Virus record (IMG/VR): IMGVR_UViG_3300025368_000001
Origin: an uncultured virus (IMG/VR IMGVR_UViG_3300025368_000001)
Lineage: Duplodnaviria; Heunggongvirae; Uroviricota; Caudoviricetes
Length of the DNA stretch: 64,000 nt
Strand: one strand, 5' to 3'
The notes beneath the pieces are model-generated. The model saw only the letters and a program-made list of their open reading frames with translations. It was not told where the DNA came from and made no database searches. Below are positions 1-9,710 of this stretch, in pieces (within the stretch, counting starts at the first letter, position 1; each line of letters opens with the position of its first letter). Both the position numbers and the translations under genes were made by a program.

Positions 1-1239
1 AATACAGCAAATATATTATTAAGAGTAAAGTATACAGATACAGCTACGATGTTAACTGCTTATCAATCAGCAATACTTTCAAGGGTAAAATATACTGATA
101 CGTCATCTATGCTTGCTGCTTATGCAAGTTCATTAAATGGAAAAGTAAAGTTTACCGATACGGCTAGTATGCTTACAGCTTATCAAACAGCTTTGAATAA
201 TAGAATAAAATATTCTGATAGTACTAAGTATATCACCCCTACTTATTTTAATGCTAATAAAGGGATTAGTTTATCTGCCATCTCAGCCACTACCCCTATG
301 ACATTTAACACTTCGACAGGAGTTATTGCGATTGGGCAGTCAACTACTAGCACAAATGGGTATTTGAGTAGTACAGATTGGAATAGGTTTGATGGGAAGC
401 TAAATATATCAGATACACTTACGATGTTAAATAATAGAATATCAGCTATTACTTTAAATAGTAGCGGTGTGATACATAATAGTCCTATTAATTTCGTAAG
501 AAGTGGAGGCGGATGGGTAGGGTCGATGTCATTAGTAACACAATCTGCTTATAAAGTCTTTTGGAATAATACAAATGCTTCTGCAACACCTAATTGGTAT
601 TCATTAGACAGTAACGCATTTGGAGGGAATTTTGCGGGACAGGTTAGAAATACTTTTTCCGCCACCCGTAACGTTTCCACAGGCTCAATCTTTACCTACA
701 ATAGTAGTGCAGGAGTGTATAATTTAGATACGACTAAATATCAACAGCCATTAGTAAGCGGAACGAATATTAAGACAGTTAATAGCAATAGTTTATTGGG
801 TAGTGGTGATGTTTCAGTTGGCACAGTTACTAGCGTTGCAACAGGCTTCGGATTAACAGGGGGAACGATTACTACAACAGGAACACTAAAAGTAGATAGT
901 GCGGCAGTACCTACTGTTACACAAACTTTCAGCCCTATTATTACCCTTACAGACGGCGCAACGATTACTTGGGACGCTACCTATGGCTGCAATGCTAAAG
1001 TAACACTTTCAGGGACGGGGCGAACGCTAACTATATCCAATGCAGTTGCAGGGCGAACATATCACTTAGACATCTACCAAGATGGAACGGGTAGCAGAAC
1101 AATCACCACATATACAAATTTAATCAGCCCAGCAGGGGTAATACCTGCACTAACTACAACGGCGAATGCAAGAGATGAGATATGTATGTTTTATGATGGT
1201 TCAAAATTTACAGCAATTTGGTTATTAAATGTAAAGTAA
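1..1239 (+). CDS. Tail fibre-like protein, 5' partial
   Basis: Frame is open from base 1; four 20-aa repeats (R/K)(V/I)K(Y/F)(T/S)D(T/S)xxML; S/T/G-rich shaft with GTVTSV and LVSGTNIKTVN fibre motifs; compact C-terminal LTDGATITWD...QDGTGSRTIT domain. Confidence 0.75.
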   Translation, partial: NTANILLRVKYTDTATMLTAYQSAILSRVKYTDTSSMLAAYASSLNGKVKFTDTASMLTAYQTALNNRIKYSDSTKYITPTYFNANKGISLSAISATTPMTFNTSTGVIAIGQSTTSTNGYLSSTDWNRFDGKLNISDTLTMLNNRISAITLNSSGVIHNSPINFVRSGGGWVGSMSLVTQSAYKVFWNNTNASATPNWYSLDSNAFGGNFAGQVRNTFSATRNVSTGSIFTYNSSAGVYNLDTTKYQQPLVSGTNIKTVNSNSLLGSGDVSVGTVTSVATGFGLTGGTITTTGTLKVDSAAVPTVTQTFSPIITLTDGATITWDATYGCNAKVTLSGTGRTLTISNAVAGRTYHLDIYQDGTGSRTITTYTNLISPAGVIPALTTTANARDEICMFYDGSKFTAIWLLNVK

Positions 1240-1973
1240 TGAGAGTATTAGTTTTCATATTGTTATTAATTGGCACGGCTAGCGCACAGCCTATGCGCTT
1301 CTTTACGGGAGCAATGGGGCAATATTCGCCTATTGTTAAAAATGGATTAGTTTGTTGGCTTGATGGTGGTAATTCAGTATCAGCAAACGGGGTGTCTAAT
1401 ACATGGCTTGACTTAAGTGGTAATAGTAATAATATATCATTATCTGGCAATACATTTAGCACATCTTATAACGGCTATTTTAGTTTTTCAAGTGCAAATA
1501 ATAGCTTAACTCTTAGTGGTAGTGGGTTATATCAAAACATAGCTACATTAATGGTGTGGCTATATTATACAACCTCACAGTATAGCCAAGTTATATATTT
1601 AGGAAATGCGGCAATTGCAGGGGTAGGTATTATTATTAATAATGGTTCTGGCGCAAGCGGTAATAAAGCTACGGTATTATTTGGGGGTAAAAGTTATAGT
1701 GCCGCAGGCTCAGTAACATTAACAGCTAACACATGGTATTGCCTAGCATTAAGTATAGCCAACACTCCGTTATGCTCATTTTATTCAAATACTACTTTAG
1801 TAGGCTCAACAACAACAGTACCTAATGGGGCAGGGGTTTATAGTACACAAATGGCTATGGCATCTCAAAATTTCACAGGTGGATTAGGTCAAGCACTAAT
1901 ATATAATAGGGCGTTATCATCAACTGAAATTACTCAAAATTACAACGCCACAAAAGGCAGATACGGATATTAA
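1239..1973 (+). CDS. LamG/concanavalin A-like jellyroll protein with signal peptide (putative receptor-binding protein)
   Basis: ATG overlaps upstream TAA; MRVLVFILLLIGTASA-Q signal; IVKNGLVCWLDGG, WLDLSGNSN and IYNRALSSTEITQNYNA motifs. Confidence 0.75.
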   Translation: MRVLVFILLLIGTASAQPMRFFTGAMGQYSPIVKNGLVCWLDGGNSVSANGVSNTWLDLSGNSNNISLSGNTFSTSYNGYFSFSSANNSLTLSGSGLYQNIATLMVWLYYTTSQYSQVIYLGNAAIAGVGIIINNGSGASGNKATVLFGGKSYSAAGSVTLTANTWYCLALSIANTPLCSFYSNTTLVGSTTTVPNGAGVYSTQMAMASQNFTGGLGQALIYNRALSSTEITQNYNATKGRYGY

Positions 1974-1986
1974 ACTTATAAATATT

Positions 1987-2337
1987 ATGAAAAAATTATT
2001 GTTATCATTATTAGTATTTGGGGCATTAAGCGTTAAGGCTCAAACAATAGACACAACCGTACATGAGTATAGTGCAGCGAAGATTGTAGACTACCTACAC
2101 GGCAACGGTTGCGTACCCGAAAGTATAGATACTATTAGGTGGGTAGGCTATGACGGATATACTTACCACTCAAAAGATAGTACTTGTGAAGTTAAATATA
2201 TCCTTCGTGCTAGTGACGGGCGCAATGTTATTCGCAATACTTACAACCTTTCAGCATCACAATATATCACTTGGGACGGTTCAGATATTGGGCTTATCGC
2301 AATAATAGTATCAGCATTACATTTAACCTTTAAATAA
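1987..2337 (+). CDS. Exported protein, possible fibre-associated chaperone or accessory
   Basis: MKKLLLSLLVFGALSVKA-Q signal peptide; follows the fibre genes. Confidence 0.55.
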   Translation: MKKLLLSLLVFGALSVKAQTIDTTVHEYSAAKIVDYLHGNGCVPESIDTIRWVGYDGYTYHSKDSTCEVKYILRASDGRNVIRNTYNLSASQYITWDGSDIGLIAIIVSALHLTFK

Positions 2338-2346
2338 AAAACAACT

Positions 2347-2571
2347 ATGGAAACAGGTATCAATTGGCAAGAGGTAGCAGCATTTTTAGTGATATTAACA
2401 GGATTGATTGGGTTTTATACCGCTACTCATGTAAGGCTAAACGGTCACGATATAAAGATTAAAGCATTGGAGGATAGAGAGGAAAAGACGGATACCCGTT
2501 TCGATAAGATTATGGATAAATTGGAAAGTATTTTATTGAAACTAGAAAACAAGCAGGACAAACATAATTAA
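2347..2571 (+). CDS. Holin-like small membrane protein
   Basis: One N-terminal TM helix plus a charged coiled-coil tail, at the start of the lysis region. Confidence 0.5.
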   Translation: METGINWQEVAAFLVILTGLIGFYTATHVRLNGHDIKIKALEDREEKTDTRFDKIMDKLESILLKLENKQDKHN

Positions 2572-2652
2572 ATGATAACCGCCTTAAAGATATTGTATGT
2601 ATTGTGCAGTATGTATGTGGGCTATTTAATAATTGATAATAAAACAAAAAAG

Positions 2653-2904
2653 ATGAAAAAGTTTTTAGGAGTTATGTTTATGTTACTTGTCGCTAGTTGT
2701 GGGTTAGCAATAGCGCAAGATAGTACCGCAGTTAATGTAGTTAAAGATTTACTACCTACAATCGAAGGTAAATTTACTTTCATTCCTTATGTATTAGGGG
2801 CATTGTTTGCAGTTAGTGAAGCACTTAGTTTTATCCCTTCTGTAAAGGCTAACGGTGTATTTCAGTTAGTATTTGGCTGGTTGAAAGCGGTACAAGGAAA
2901 ATAA
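2653..2904 (+). CDS. Holin-like membrane protein
   Basis: Probable start MKKFLGV; hydrophobic segment with ALFAVSEALSFIPSVKANGVFQL motif typical of small phage membrane proteins. Confidence 0.55.
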   Translation: MKKFLGVMFMLLVASCGLAIAQDSTAVNVVKDLLPTIEGKFTFIPYVLGALFAVSEALSFIPSVKANGVFQLVFGWLKAVQGK

Positions 2905-3056
2905 ATAGTAGTGGGTATGCCTCTCAAGTTGCTGACGGATAGAATCCCGATGACTTAGATGCACACTTTACCCACTCATGCCATTGTGGCTATACTGCCA
3001 TAATTAAAGCAAGCGTAACAGTTAGGCTTGTCGTGTGTGTACACATTCGGTAACAG

Positions 3057-3089
3057 CCCTCAATACCACTGGGTGTTGAGGGTACTTTT
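3057..3089 (+). terminator. Stem-loop, possible intrinsic terminator or processing hairpin
   Basis: CCCTCAATACC-ACTG-GGTGTTGAGGG followed by TACTTTT. Confidence 0.5.
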
Positions 3090-3102
3090 AAAACACTTAC
3101 AA

Positions 3103-3609
3103 ATGAAAAACTTCAAATTAGCCGTATTAGTAGCAGTCGTTTTATCTTTGCTTTATAGTTGCATGACAGACAGTAAGGCCTTACAAACAGTACTCACTAA
3201 AAAGCCGCTATTCGATACGGTCGGGAAAGTTTACACACAGTTGCATCCGTGTGACCCTATATCAATAGTACACCACAGCGATACAAGTTATTTACACGAT
3301 ACTTCGATTGTTACTTGCCACGATACTATTGGCAATTATATTCACGATACAACTACTATTACCCACACTAATACTATTCACATTCACGATAAAGATACGA
3401 TAGTAGACAACCAACAGATTAAAATACTCGAATCGCAAATTGAGAATAAGAATAAGCAAATAGCCGCACTTAATCAAGCGGTAACAGATAGCCGATTACA
3501 AGCAGCATCGAACGAAAAGGATGCTAGTAAGTGGGAGTTATACTTCTGGCTACTGATTGCAGCGATAGTAATTGCGTTGGTATTGTATATAATTAAACCT
3601 AGATTATGA
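3103..3609 (+). CDS. Putative unimolecular spanin
   Basis: Lipoprotein signal MKNFKLAVLVAVVLSLLYS-C, then coiled coil and C-terminal TM helix; lysis context. Confidence 0.65.
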   Translation: MKNFKLAVLVAVVLSLLYSCMTDSKALQTVLTKKPLFDTVGKVYTQLHPCDPISIVHHSDTSYLHDTSIVTCHDTIGNYIHDTTTITHTNTIHIHDKDTIVDNQQIKILESQIENKNKQIAALNQAVTDSRLQAASNEKDASKWELYFWLLIAAIVIALVLYIIKPRL

Positions 3610-3842
3610 GTAAAAAAGAAGCATACACAATAACGGGAGAACAATTAGATAGAATAAAATACTTTAAATCAATGTTTGAAATTAATGCACAAGAAATAAA
3701 AGATTTATGTTCTACTGAAAAATCAGACATTGAATATGGATTTGCTTTAGGTAGTGTTTATACGCATCTTAGAAAACATTATTTTGATATGGATGAACTT
3801 GTAGATGATATAATAATTAATAACTTAACTACTAAATCCTAA
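3606..3842 (+). CDS. Hypothetical protein
   Basis: 78-aa ORF with ATGA overlap. Confidence 0.6.
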   Translation: MSKKEAYTITGEQLDRIKYFKSMFEINAQEIKDLCSTEKSDIEYGFALGSVYTHLRKHYFDMDELVDDIIINNLTTKS

Positions 3843-3973
3843 GTTATGAATGAATACACAATAGTACAAAGTACAGGATTACCAATAACTGTTTTAGCAG
3901 TATCAATAATAGATGCAGTTAAAATAGCCGATAATGCAAATTCTGTTTATTCAACTTATATAGTTTACCAATA

Positions 3974-4270
3974 ATGACACTAAAACAACGCTACGAATCA
4001 ATCGCAACAGCATACTTAAATAAATTCATTAAGAAGCAGGACATAGATTTTGATGGATCGGTAAGTGATGATATTGGGGGCATTGCTTCTTTTTGTTGTC
4101 AGTACTTCTTTAGCCTTGACGATATACGCTACGATATAGATAATGAGTGTGAAGTAGGCTTAATACTTAGATGGCAAGAAGATGGAGTAGACCACCACAT
4201 GAAAGGAAATAGAGATACAATTAACTATCATTCATATCACAAGGGATTGAGGTATGAAGATTTAAAATAA
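3974..4270 (+). CDS. Hypothetical phage protein
   Basis: 98-aa ORF in operon. Confidence 0.65.
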   Translation: MTLKQRYESIATAYLNKFIKKQDIDFDGSVSDDIGGIASFCCQYFFSLDDIRYDIDNECEVGLILRWQEDGVDHHMKGNRDTINYHSYHKGLRYEDLK

Positions 4271-4274
4271 AGTT

Positions 4275-4736
4275 ATGAGACAAGTAAATAAACAAACGAT
4301 AGAATTAATAAAGCACTTCGAGGGGTTTTTCCCTAATGCCTACCACGATAGTATTGACCCGACCTCGATAGACACTATTGGCTATGGTTCAACAACTTAC
4401 CCCAATGGAACTAAAGTAAAAGTAGGTGACAAGACAATAACAGAGGCGCAAGCAATTGAATATTTAACCTTCGAGGTAAACCAAAAAGCGGTTGCCGTTA
4501 GTCATTTAGTTACCCCACAATTAACAGATAATCAGTTTGGGGCTTTGGTATCATTTGCATACAATTTAGGTGAGGGTAACCTATCCTCATCAACTCTATT
4601 AAAGAAAGTAAACGCTAACCCTAAAGACCCTGCTATTCAGCTTGAATTTGATAAATGGATATATTCTAACCACTTACCCGTTAAAGGTCTAGAAACACGC
4701 CGCAGAGCCGAATGGCAACTATATAACACAATATGA
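4275..4736 (+). CDS. Endolysin, GH24 phage lysozyme
   Basis: IKHFEG, TIGYGST, QFGALVSFAYNLG and GLETRRRAE motifs. Confidence 0.93.
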   Translation: MRQVNKQTIELIKHFEGFFPNAYHDSIDPTSIDTIGYGSTTYPNGTKVKVGDKTITEAQAIEYLTFEVNQKAVAVSHLVTPQLTDNQFGALVSFAYNLGEGNLSSSTLLKKVNANPKDPAIQLEFDKWIYSNHLPVKGLETRRRAEWQLYNTI

Positions 4737-4870
4737 TAATAGCCTACACCTTACTATTTTTATTCACTCTCATAGTTTCGTTTCTATGGGCTAACCTTAT
4801 TGATAATGCCCACCCCACCAATTAAATTCGAGCCGTTAAGGTTCATAAATACTTTACCTAAAAAGAAGAT

Positions 4871-6043
4871 ATGCCTAACACCGAAGAAAAAGAAGTTAAA
4901 ACAAAGGGGCAACAGATAAAGGAGTATTATCTGGCTAATCAATCGGAAGGCTACGATAGTATCGCCGAAAGGTTTAAAAGTACTAAGGCTTTTATAGCCA
5001 AGTGTATTAGCGAACTTCGCAAAGAGGGTAAACTACCTAAGTTAGAAGAAGGGTATAGGCAAAAGAAAACGATTGAAGAAAAGCACGTTGCACTTGCAGA
5101 GGAATGCGAAAATAGCGGTATTCCGTTTGACAGCGTTAAACATGGATGGTACAAAGGAGAACACTTTAGTTTGTTCTTTAATAAGCAAGTAACGTGGGAG
5201 GATTTAAAAGAAGAAATAGTTAACGAAGTTAAGCAATATGCACCCAAATACCCTAATATACTTTACCCACAATACGAAGATGCACATCTATTAGTTATAG
5301 ACCCTGCTGATATTCACATAAACAAACTATGTAGTGCCTTTGAAACGGGGGATGAGTACAATATAGAAATAGCAGTTACAAGGGTTAAAGAGGGGATAAT
5401 GTCGCTATTAAATAAGGTGCGCTTTTATAATGTAGATAAAGTACTTTTAATAATTGGTAATGATATTCTACACACGGATAACCCACAAAGCACGACAACA
5501 GCAGGGACTAGACAAGATACTCAAGTTATGTGGTATGATGCTTTTATGATAGCTAAGAAATTGATTATTTGGGTAATAGAAACACTTTCAACTATCGCAC
5601 CTACGCAAGTCGATTACAACCCGTCTAATCACGATTATATGACGGGTTTTCTTTTGGCACAAACTTTAGAGGCATGGTTTTCAAAGTGCGAACATATTAC
5701 TTTTAATGTAGGGATGGCTCACAGAAAGTATTTTGTTTACGGACAAAACCTTATTGGAAGCACTCACGGGGACGGCGCAAAAGAAACTGATTTAGCGTTA
5801 CTGATGGCACACGAAGCAGGTGAAAATTGGTATAAATGCAAACATCGTTATTACTATACTCATCATATTCACCACAAAAAAAGCAAGGATTATATGAGTG
5901 TTACCGTTGAAAGTATGCGAAGCCCAAGCGGGGCGGATAGTTGGCACGCTCGCAATGCTTTTCAATATGCACCCAAAGCAATAGATTGTTTTTTACATCA
6001 TCCTACACAAGGACAGATAGGAAGATTCACCCATTTATTTTAA
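4871..6043 (+). CDS. Calcineurin-like metallophosphoesterase with N-terminal HTH-like region
   Basis: ADIH, GNDILH, SNHD, HGD and HHIHH metal-binding motifs. Confidence 0.8.
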   Translation: MPNTEEKEVKTKGQQIKEYYLANQSEGYDSIAERFKSTKAFIAKCISELRKEGKLPKLEEGYRQKKTIEEKHVALAEECENSGIPFDSVKHGWYKGEHFSLFFNKQVTWEDLKEEIVNEVKQYAPKYPNILYPQYEDAHLLVIDPADIHINKLCSAFETGDEYNIEIAVTRVKEGIMSLLNKVRFYNVDKVLLIIGNDILHTDNPQSTTTAGTRQDTQVMWYDAFMIAKKLIIWVIETLSTIAPTQVDYNPSNHDYMTGFLLAQTLEAWFSKCEHITFNVGMAHRKYFVYGQNLIGSTHGDGAKETDLALLMAHEAGENWYKCKHRYYYTHHIHHKKSKDYMSVTVESMRSPSGADSWHARNAFQYAPKAIDCFLHHPTQGQIGRFTHLF

Positions 6044-6047
6044 CATT

Positions 6048-6230
6048 ATGACCCCAATAGAAAAAAGACTACTAGAATGTAATATAGCCCCAACAGAGCC
6101 GCTAATTAACTTGCTAAAGAATATGATGGCAATTGGCTACGCAACCGCTTGTATGGGCATCTCTACCACCACACTAGAAGATTTGCAGCGTGATTGGTTT
6201 AGCGAAGAAAAGAAGAAAGTTAGTAACTGA
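6048..6230 (+). CDS. Hypothetical protein, paralog of the next gene
   Basis: MTPIEKRL..PT..LI.L.K..M..GY.TA pattern shared with 6244..6453. Confidence 0.6.
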   Translation: MTPIEKRLLECNIAPTEPLINLLKNMMAIGYATACMGISTTTLEDLQRDWFSEEKKKVSN

Positions 6231-6243
6231 AACAAATACAACT

Positions 6244-6453
6244 ATGACTAAAGCAGAAAAGCGATTAAAAAAGATAGGTTATAATCCTACGTTTATGCTT
6301 ATTGAATTAATGAAGGAGTGCATGGAATTAGGTTACGATACGGCTATTAAAATGTCACGAATAAGAAAGGATAGTTTGATTAAGCAATGGTTTGAGGATG
6401 ACCTTAAAAAGATAGCAAAAGAACGTGCAGAGAATTATATGAATTTGCCGTAA
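6244..6453 (+). CDS. Hypothetical protein, paralog of the previous gene
   Basis: MTKAEKRL..PT..LIELMKECMELGYDTA. Confidence 0.6.
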   Translation: MTKAEKRLKKIGYNPTFMLIELMKECMELGYDTAIKMSRIRKDSLIKQWFEDDLKKIAKERAENYMNLP

Positions 6454-6590
6454 TATCACCCAATAATAGTAATTTTGATAATGTATTAACAAAATTACTA
6501 TCAAAATTGATAATTAAATGGTTACTATTCGGAAAATATCCGAGATGCTTATTAAAATATGGCAAGTAAAATGCGCAGAATAGTCGACAT

Positions 6591-6624
6591 AAAAAAGCCC
6601 CTGTTAAAAAACAGAGGACTTTTT
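6591..6624. terminator. Bidirectional intrinsic terminator
   Basis: A6 tract, GCCCCTGTT/AACAGAGGAC stem, T5 tract. Confidence 0.7.
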
Positions 6625-6756
6625 GCGGCTTGATAAGACCAAACGGGTAAAACCAAGTCGGCTTAAATAAAAGACTTGACCAGTAAGCTGTTCTAATGGT
6701 AAGCTGCCAAGTACTGTTGGGGCAAATATAATCATTTATAAACTATCTTTGTGATT

Positions 6757-7563
6757 ATGAAAAAACTATTTAAAGACGGAGAAGCAGAAAGAGTAACCGT
6801 ACGAGTAAACAAGGTAATAAAATTAAAAGCAATTATAGGCAAAGTGTTTAAGCATACGCCTAAGTCGTTGGTTCTGTTTACCATCTTGGTGGCATCAACG
6901 TTATGGTCGTGGGGGCAACACACGATAGAAATTAAGCATAAATACTATACGGTGCAATTTGATACGGCATTTTGTCAAGGGATACTTAACCACTACACAC
7001 AAACTATTGCGCATCATAATAGCCCTAAATTAAAGCGTGAAGGTAGTTTATTAACCGAGTTCCATAAAGACCAGTTAATACCCTCTAAATGGCAAACGGT
7101 AAGTAAGTCCGACTATGCGAACTACAATAAGAAATACAAGGGAGATAAACATAATACTGTTGACATCGGGCATATAATCCCATACCAATCTATGTCTTTC
7201 GATAGTATAGCAGCAGAGGAAACTATGATGTTTTCTACTAATACAGCCTTTCAAATATCGTGGTTCAATGAGCAACAATGGAAGAATATAGAGGCGATAG
7301 TGTTTGATAGTATTGGCAGTAAGTATGATTGTGAAGTTTACACTGGGGTATTAATCAGCACTTCACACCCACATAAGTACAACCAAGTTTATATAGCGGA
7401 TTATTATTTTAAAATAGTCAAATTCGACCACTTAACTTTGGCGTGGTTAGGGTTAAATAGTCCTACCAATACAAGCACTAAGCCAAGCGATGCAGCTATT
7501 TCTATTGATAAACTAAAAGCTATTATCTTACAGTATTATCCTCAAATTAAACTGCCTTTTTAA
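6757..7563 (+). CDS. DNA/RNA non-specific endonuclease (NucA-like), probably exported
   Basis: DIGH and FNEQQW motifs; hydrophobic SLVLFTILVASTLWSWG-Q segment; start codon uncertain. Confidence 0.75.
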   Translation: MKKLFKDGEAERVTVRVNKVIKLKAIIGKVFKHTPKSLVLFTILVASTLWSWGQHTIEIKHKYYTVQFDTAFCQGILNHYTQTIAHHNSPKLKREGSLLTEFHKDQLIPSKWQTVSKSDYANYNKKYKGDKHNTVDIGHIIPYQSMSFDSIAAEETMMFSTNTAFQISWFNEQQWKNIEAIVFDSIGSKYDCEVYTGVLISTSHPHKYNQVYIADYYFKIVKFDHLTLAWLGLNSPTNTSTKPSDAAISIDKLKAIILQYYPQIKLPF

Positions 7564-7617
7564 TACTTTCCCCCTTATTTATAAAAAAACATACCAAATA
7601 AGAAGGTTTAAAACTGC

Positions 7618-7821
7618 TTAATTAATCAATTCAAACATCACACATCCTGCATCATTTGCGCCTATCTTCTTTAGCCCCGTAGCTGTATTATTAGCCCTTT
7701 GTTTAGCGCAATACTTTAGTTTATTAGTGTGCCTATGTGTAACAATGTGGATGCAGTTTTTACACCGTGTATTAGGCTTACTAATAGTTTTTCCTATATC
7801 GAATAAGTTTTGTTGTGTCAT
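7618..7821 (-). CDS. Small Cys-rich hypothetical protein
   Basis: CKNC...YC...C pattern; probable start MTQQNLF. Confidence 0.55.
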   Translation of the reverse strand: MTQQNLFDIGKTISKPNTRCKNCIHIVTHRHTNKLKYCAKQRANNTATGLKKIGANDAGCVMFELIN

Positions 7822-7945
7822 AATTATTAATTTTATTCTATTATACTCCCTAATACCACAACCCCCACTACCAACATCCACCAATTATTTAACCGTCCTG
7901 CAAAGTAGATAAGTGTGCAGCCGAGTGTGAATTTAAGAAGCTGTT

Positions 7946-8161
7946 TCATACCTGTACTAATTTTCGATTAATAATATCAATTTCGTATTTGTTGCCACAT
8001 CCACACTTATAAGGACTATGCCTATTAGCGTTACTCATGACATCATCTGGGCAATTTTCTAGCGTGTAAGTGCTTAATAAGCACTCACCGCCCTTAGATT
8101 GAAAATACATATCTTCTTTACATTTAGGGCAAATGACCCTTATTTCATCGTAGCATCCCAT
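7946..8161 (-). CDS. Zn-ribbon hypothetical protein
   Basis: MGCYD..CPKC..FQSK..C motif. Confidence 0.65.
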   Translation of the reverse strand: MGCYDEIRVICPKCKEDMYFQSKGGECLLSTYTLENCPDDVMSNANRHSPYKCGCGNKYEIDIINRKLVQV

Positions 8162-8163
8162 AA

Positions 8164-8451
8164 TTAATTTGTTTTATAAGTTTGAGTGTAGTATTGTTCA
8201 GCTTGTTCTAAAAATCTTTTATCTAACATTCTCATTTGATGGCTTTCACAATTACCATTATATCCTACTGCCGAAAGATACGCATCTAATATCTGTTTCT
8301 TTTCTTGTTCTAAAGCATCAAAAGCAAAAGATAAAGCTGCATTTAATCCTATGCGATAGTCCCCCGTTCTATTAGTTCCTAACTTATTGTGGGCGGATAG
8401 TTCTATCTGTTGTTCTATACGTTCTATTAATTCTTGTATTGCGCTTTTCAT
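8164..8451 (-). CDS. Hypothetical phage protein
   Basis: EKKQILDAY...AEQYY motif typical of Bacteroidota phage small proteins. Confidence 0.7.
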   Translation of the reverse strand: MKSAIQELIERIEQQIELSAHNKLGTNRTGDYRIGLNAALSFAFDALEQEKKQILDAYLSAVGYNGNCESHQMRMLDKRFLEQAEQYYTQTYKTN

Positions 8452-8597
8452 AATTCTTTATTTTTAAACAAACCATTGTAAATAACTTTCGTCCATCATT
8501 AATTTTTTGATAGATTCTAGCGTTTCATCGTCATTATCCCTGCCATGTAGCCAACGTTCTAGCAAGGATTCTATTTGTGAAAGTGTTTCTTGTGGGG

Positions 8598-8936
8598 TCA
8601 TTTTACATTTGTTTTAAGTGTTTCAAAATAAAATACGATAGGCTTAACATTTTCTTCGATATGCCCGTATCTTTTTGCTATTCGATAAATAGTATTAGTA
8701 TCGTTTAGCCTTCTCACAAGTTCCCCTAATTCTATTCTAAACTGTTCGACACTATGAGTGTTTTTATAATTATTACAAGAAGCGCAAGATGCAAGTAAGT
8801 TAGATATATCATTAACTCCTTCGCCCTTAAAGTTACGTTTTGGTATAATATGGTCAACTTGAAATTTATTTAATTCACACCCACAATAGGCACATTTGCC
8901 ATTAGTTTTAGCTAGTACCTTTTTTCTATCTATCAT
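8598..8936 (-). CDS. HNH endonuclease
   Basis: CAYCG, VDHIIP and NLLASCASCNNYK motifs. Confidence 0.9.
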   Translation of the reverse strand: MIDRKKVLAKTNGKCAYCGCELNKFQVDHIIPKRNFKGEGVNDISNLLASCASCNNYKNTHSVEQFRIELGELVRRLNDTNTIYRIAKRYGHIEENVKPIVFYFETLKTNVK

Positions 8937-9163
8937 TACATTTGTTTTAAGTGTTCGAGGATTAATTCAAGTTTACGCATATCTGTTAATCCGCTATTAC
9001 CCATTCTATACAAATCACTTCGTGCATAATTCATACACGCCTCTACTTCTGTAATAGCGCATTGGATGGAAGTATCTTCTATATGTTCAACTTGTACCTT
9101 ATTTAACGATAAAAGTATTGTATACTTCTCTAATATCGCTTCCGCTTGTTGTTGTGGTGTCAT
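8936..9163 (-). CDS. Hypothetical protein
   Basis: Translationally coupled ORF. Confidence 0.65.
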   Translation of the reverse strand: MTPQQQAEAILEKYTILLSLNKVQVEHIEDTSIQCAITEVEACMNYARSDLYRMGNSGLTDMRKLELILEHLKQM

Positions 9164-9360
9164 ATAATCGTATTTGTATGTGGTAAATAAAGTCTGAATT
9201 TAATTTTGCAAGGGGTATAATCATTTAACTTGTAATGCTTCCAAACTTTCTTTCTTTCTGCATAAGTCCAATGCCTACCCTTCACTACTCGTTTGAGGCG
9301 TTTTCGAAGCCTTATACACTTTAGCCCGTCTTTAAATATTTTTCTCCATTTTGTTTGCAT
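9160..9360 (-). CDS. Basic hypothetical protein
   Basis: Translationally coupled ORF. Confidence 0.5.
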   Translation of the reverse strand: MQTKWRKIFKDGLKCIRLRKRLKRVVKGRHWTYAERKKVWKHYKLNDYTPCKIKFRLYLPHTNTII

Positions 9361-9362
9361 TG

Positions 9363-9710
9363 TTAGTTAATTTTAAATCTTAAAATAGTTACTATTTCTC
9401 TCATTGAAAAGTCGGGGTAAATTTCATCCATAGCTTTTATTAACCCACCAAAATATCTTGCTGAGATATTATAATTATCTATACAATCTTTATCTGTTAA
9501 ATCATCAAACTTATAATGATTTTGTGAAACTATTGTAGCAATGCAGGTGGGGTCAACTCTAATAGGAGTATCAACTAACTTATAATTATCTTTAGTCCAA
9601 ATAACTATAGGTTTTGTTTTGTCAAAAATCCTTGCCCCTCTAAGGCATACTGAATAAACTTGCTCACTATTAAAAGTGATGTCGTCTTTAAATGTTAGTA
9701 GATTTTTCAT
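9363..9710 (-). CDS. Hypothetical protein, possible ASCH/PUA-like fold
   Basis: Ends in YPDF...VTILRF; weak resemblance only. Confidence 0.55.
   Translation of the reverse strand: MKNLLTFKDDITFNSEQVYSVCLRGARIFDKTKPIVIWTKDNYKLVDTPIRVDPTCIATIVSQNHYKFDDLTDKDCIDNYNISARYFGGLIKAMDEIYPDFSMREIVTILRFKIN

Noticed and set aside
2984..3056. Pistol ribozyme
   Set aside because: Hairpin + TTAAA and a loop complement are suggestive, but the P2/P3 pairings around a GU cleavage site could not be built
6466..6501. 12-bp inverted repeat ATAGTAATTTTG/CAAAATTACTAT
   Set aside because: AT-rich and single-copy; no function can be supported
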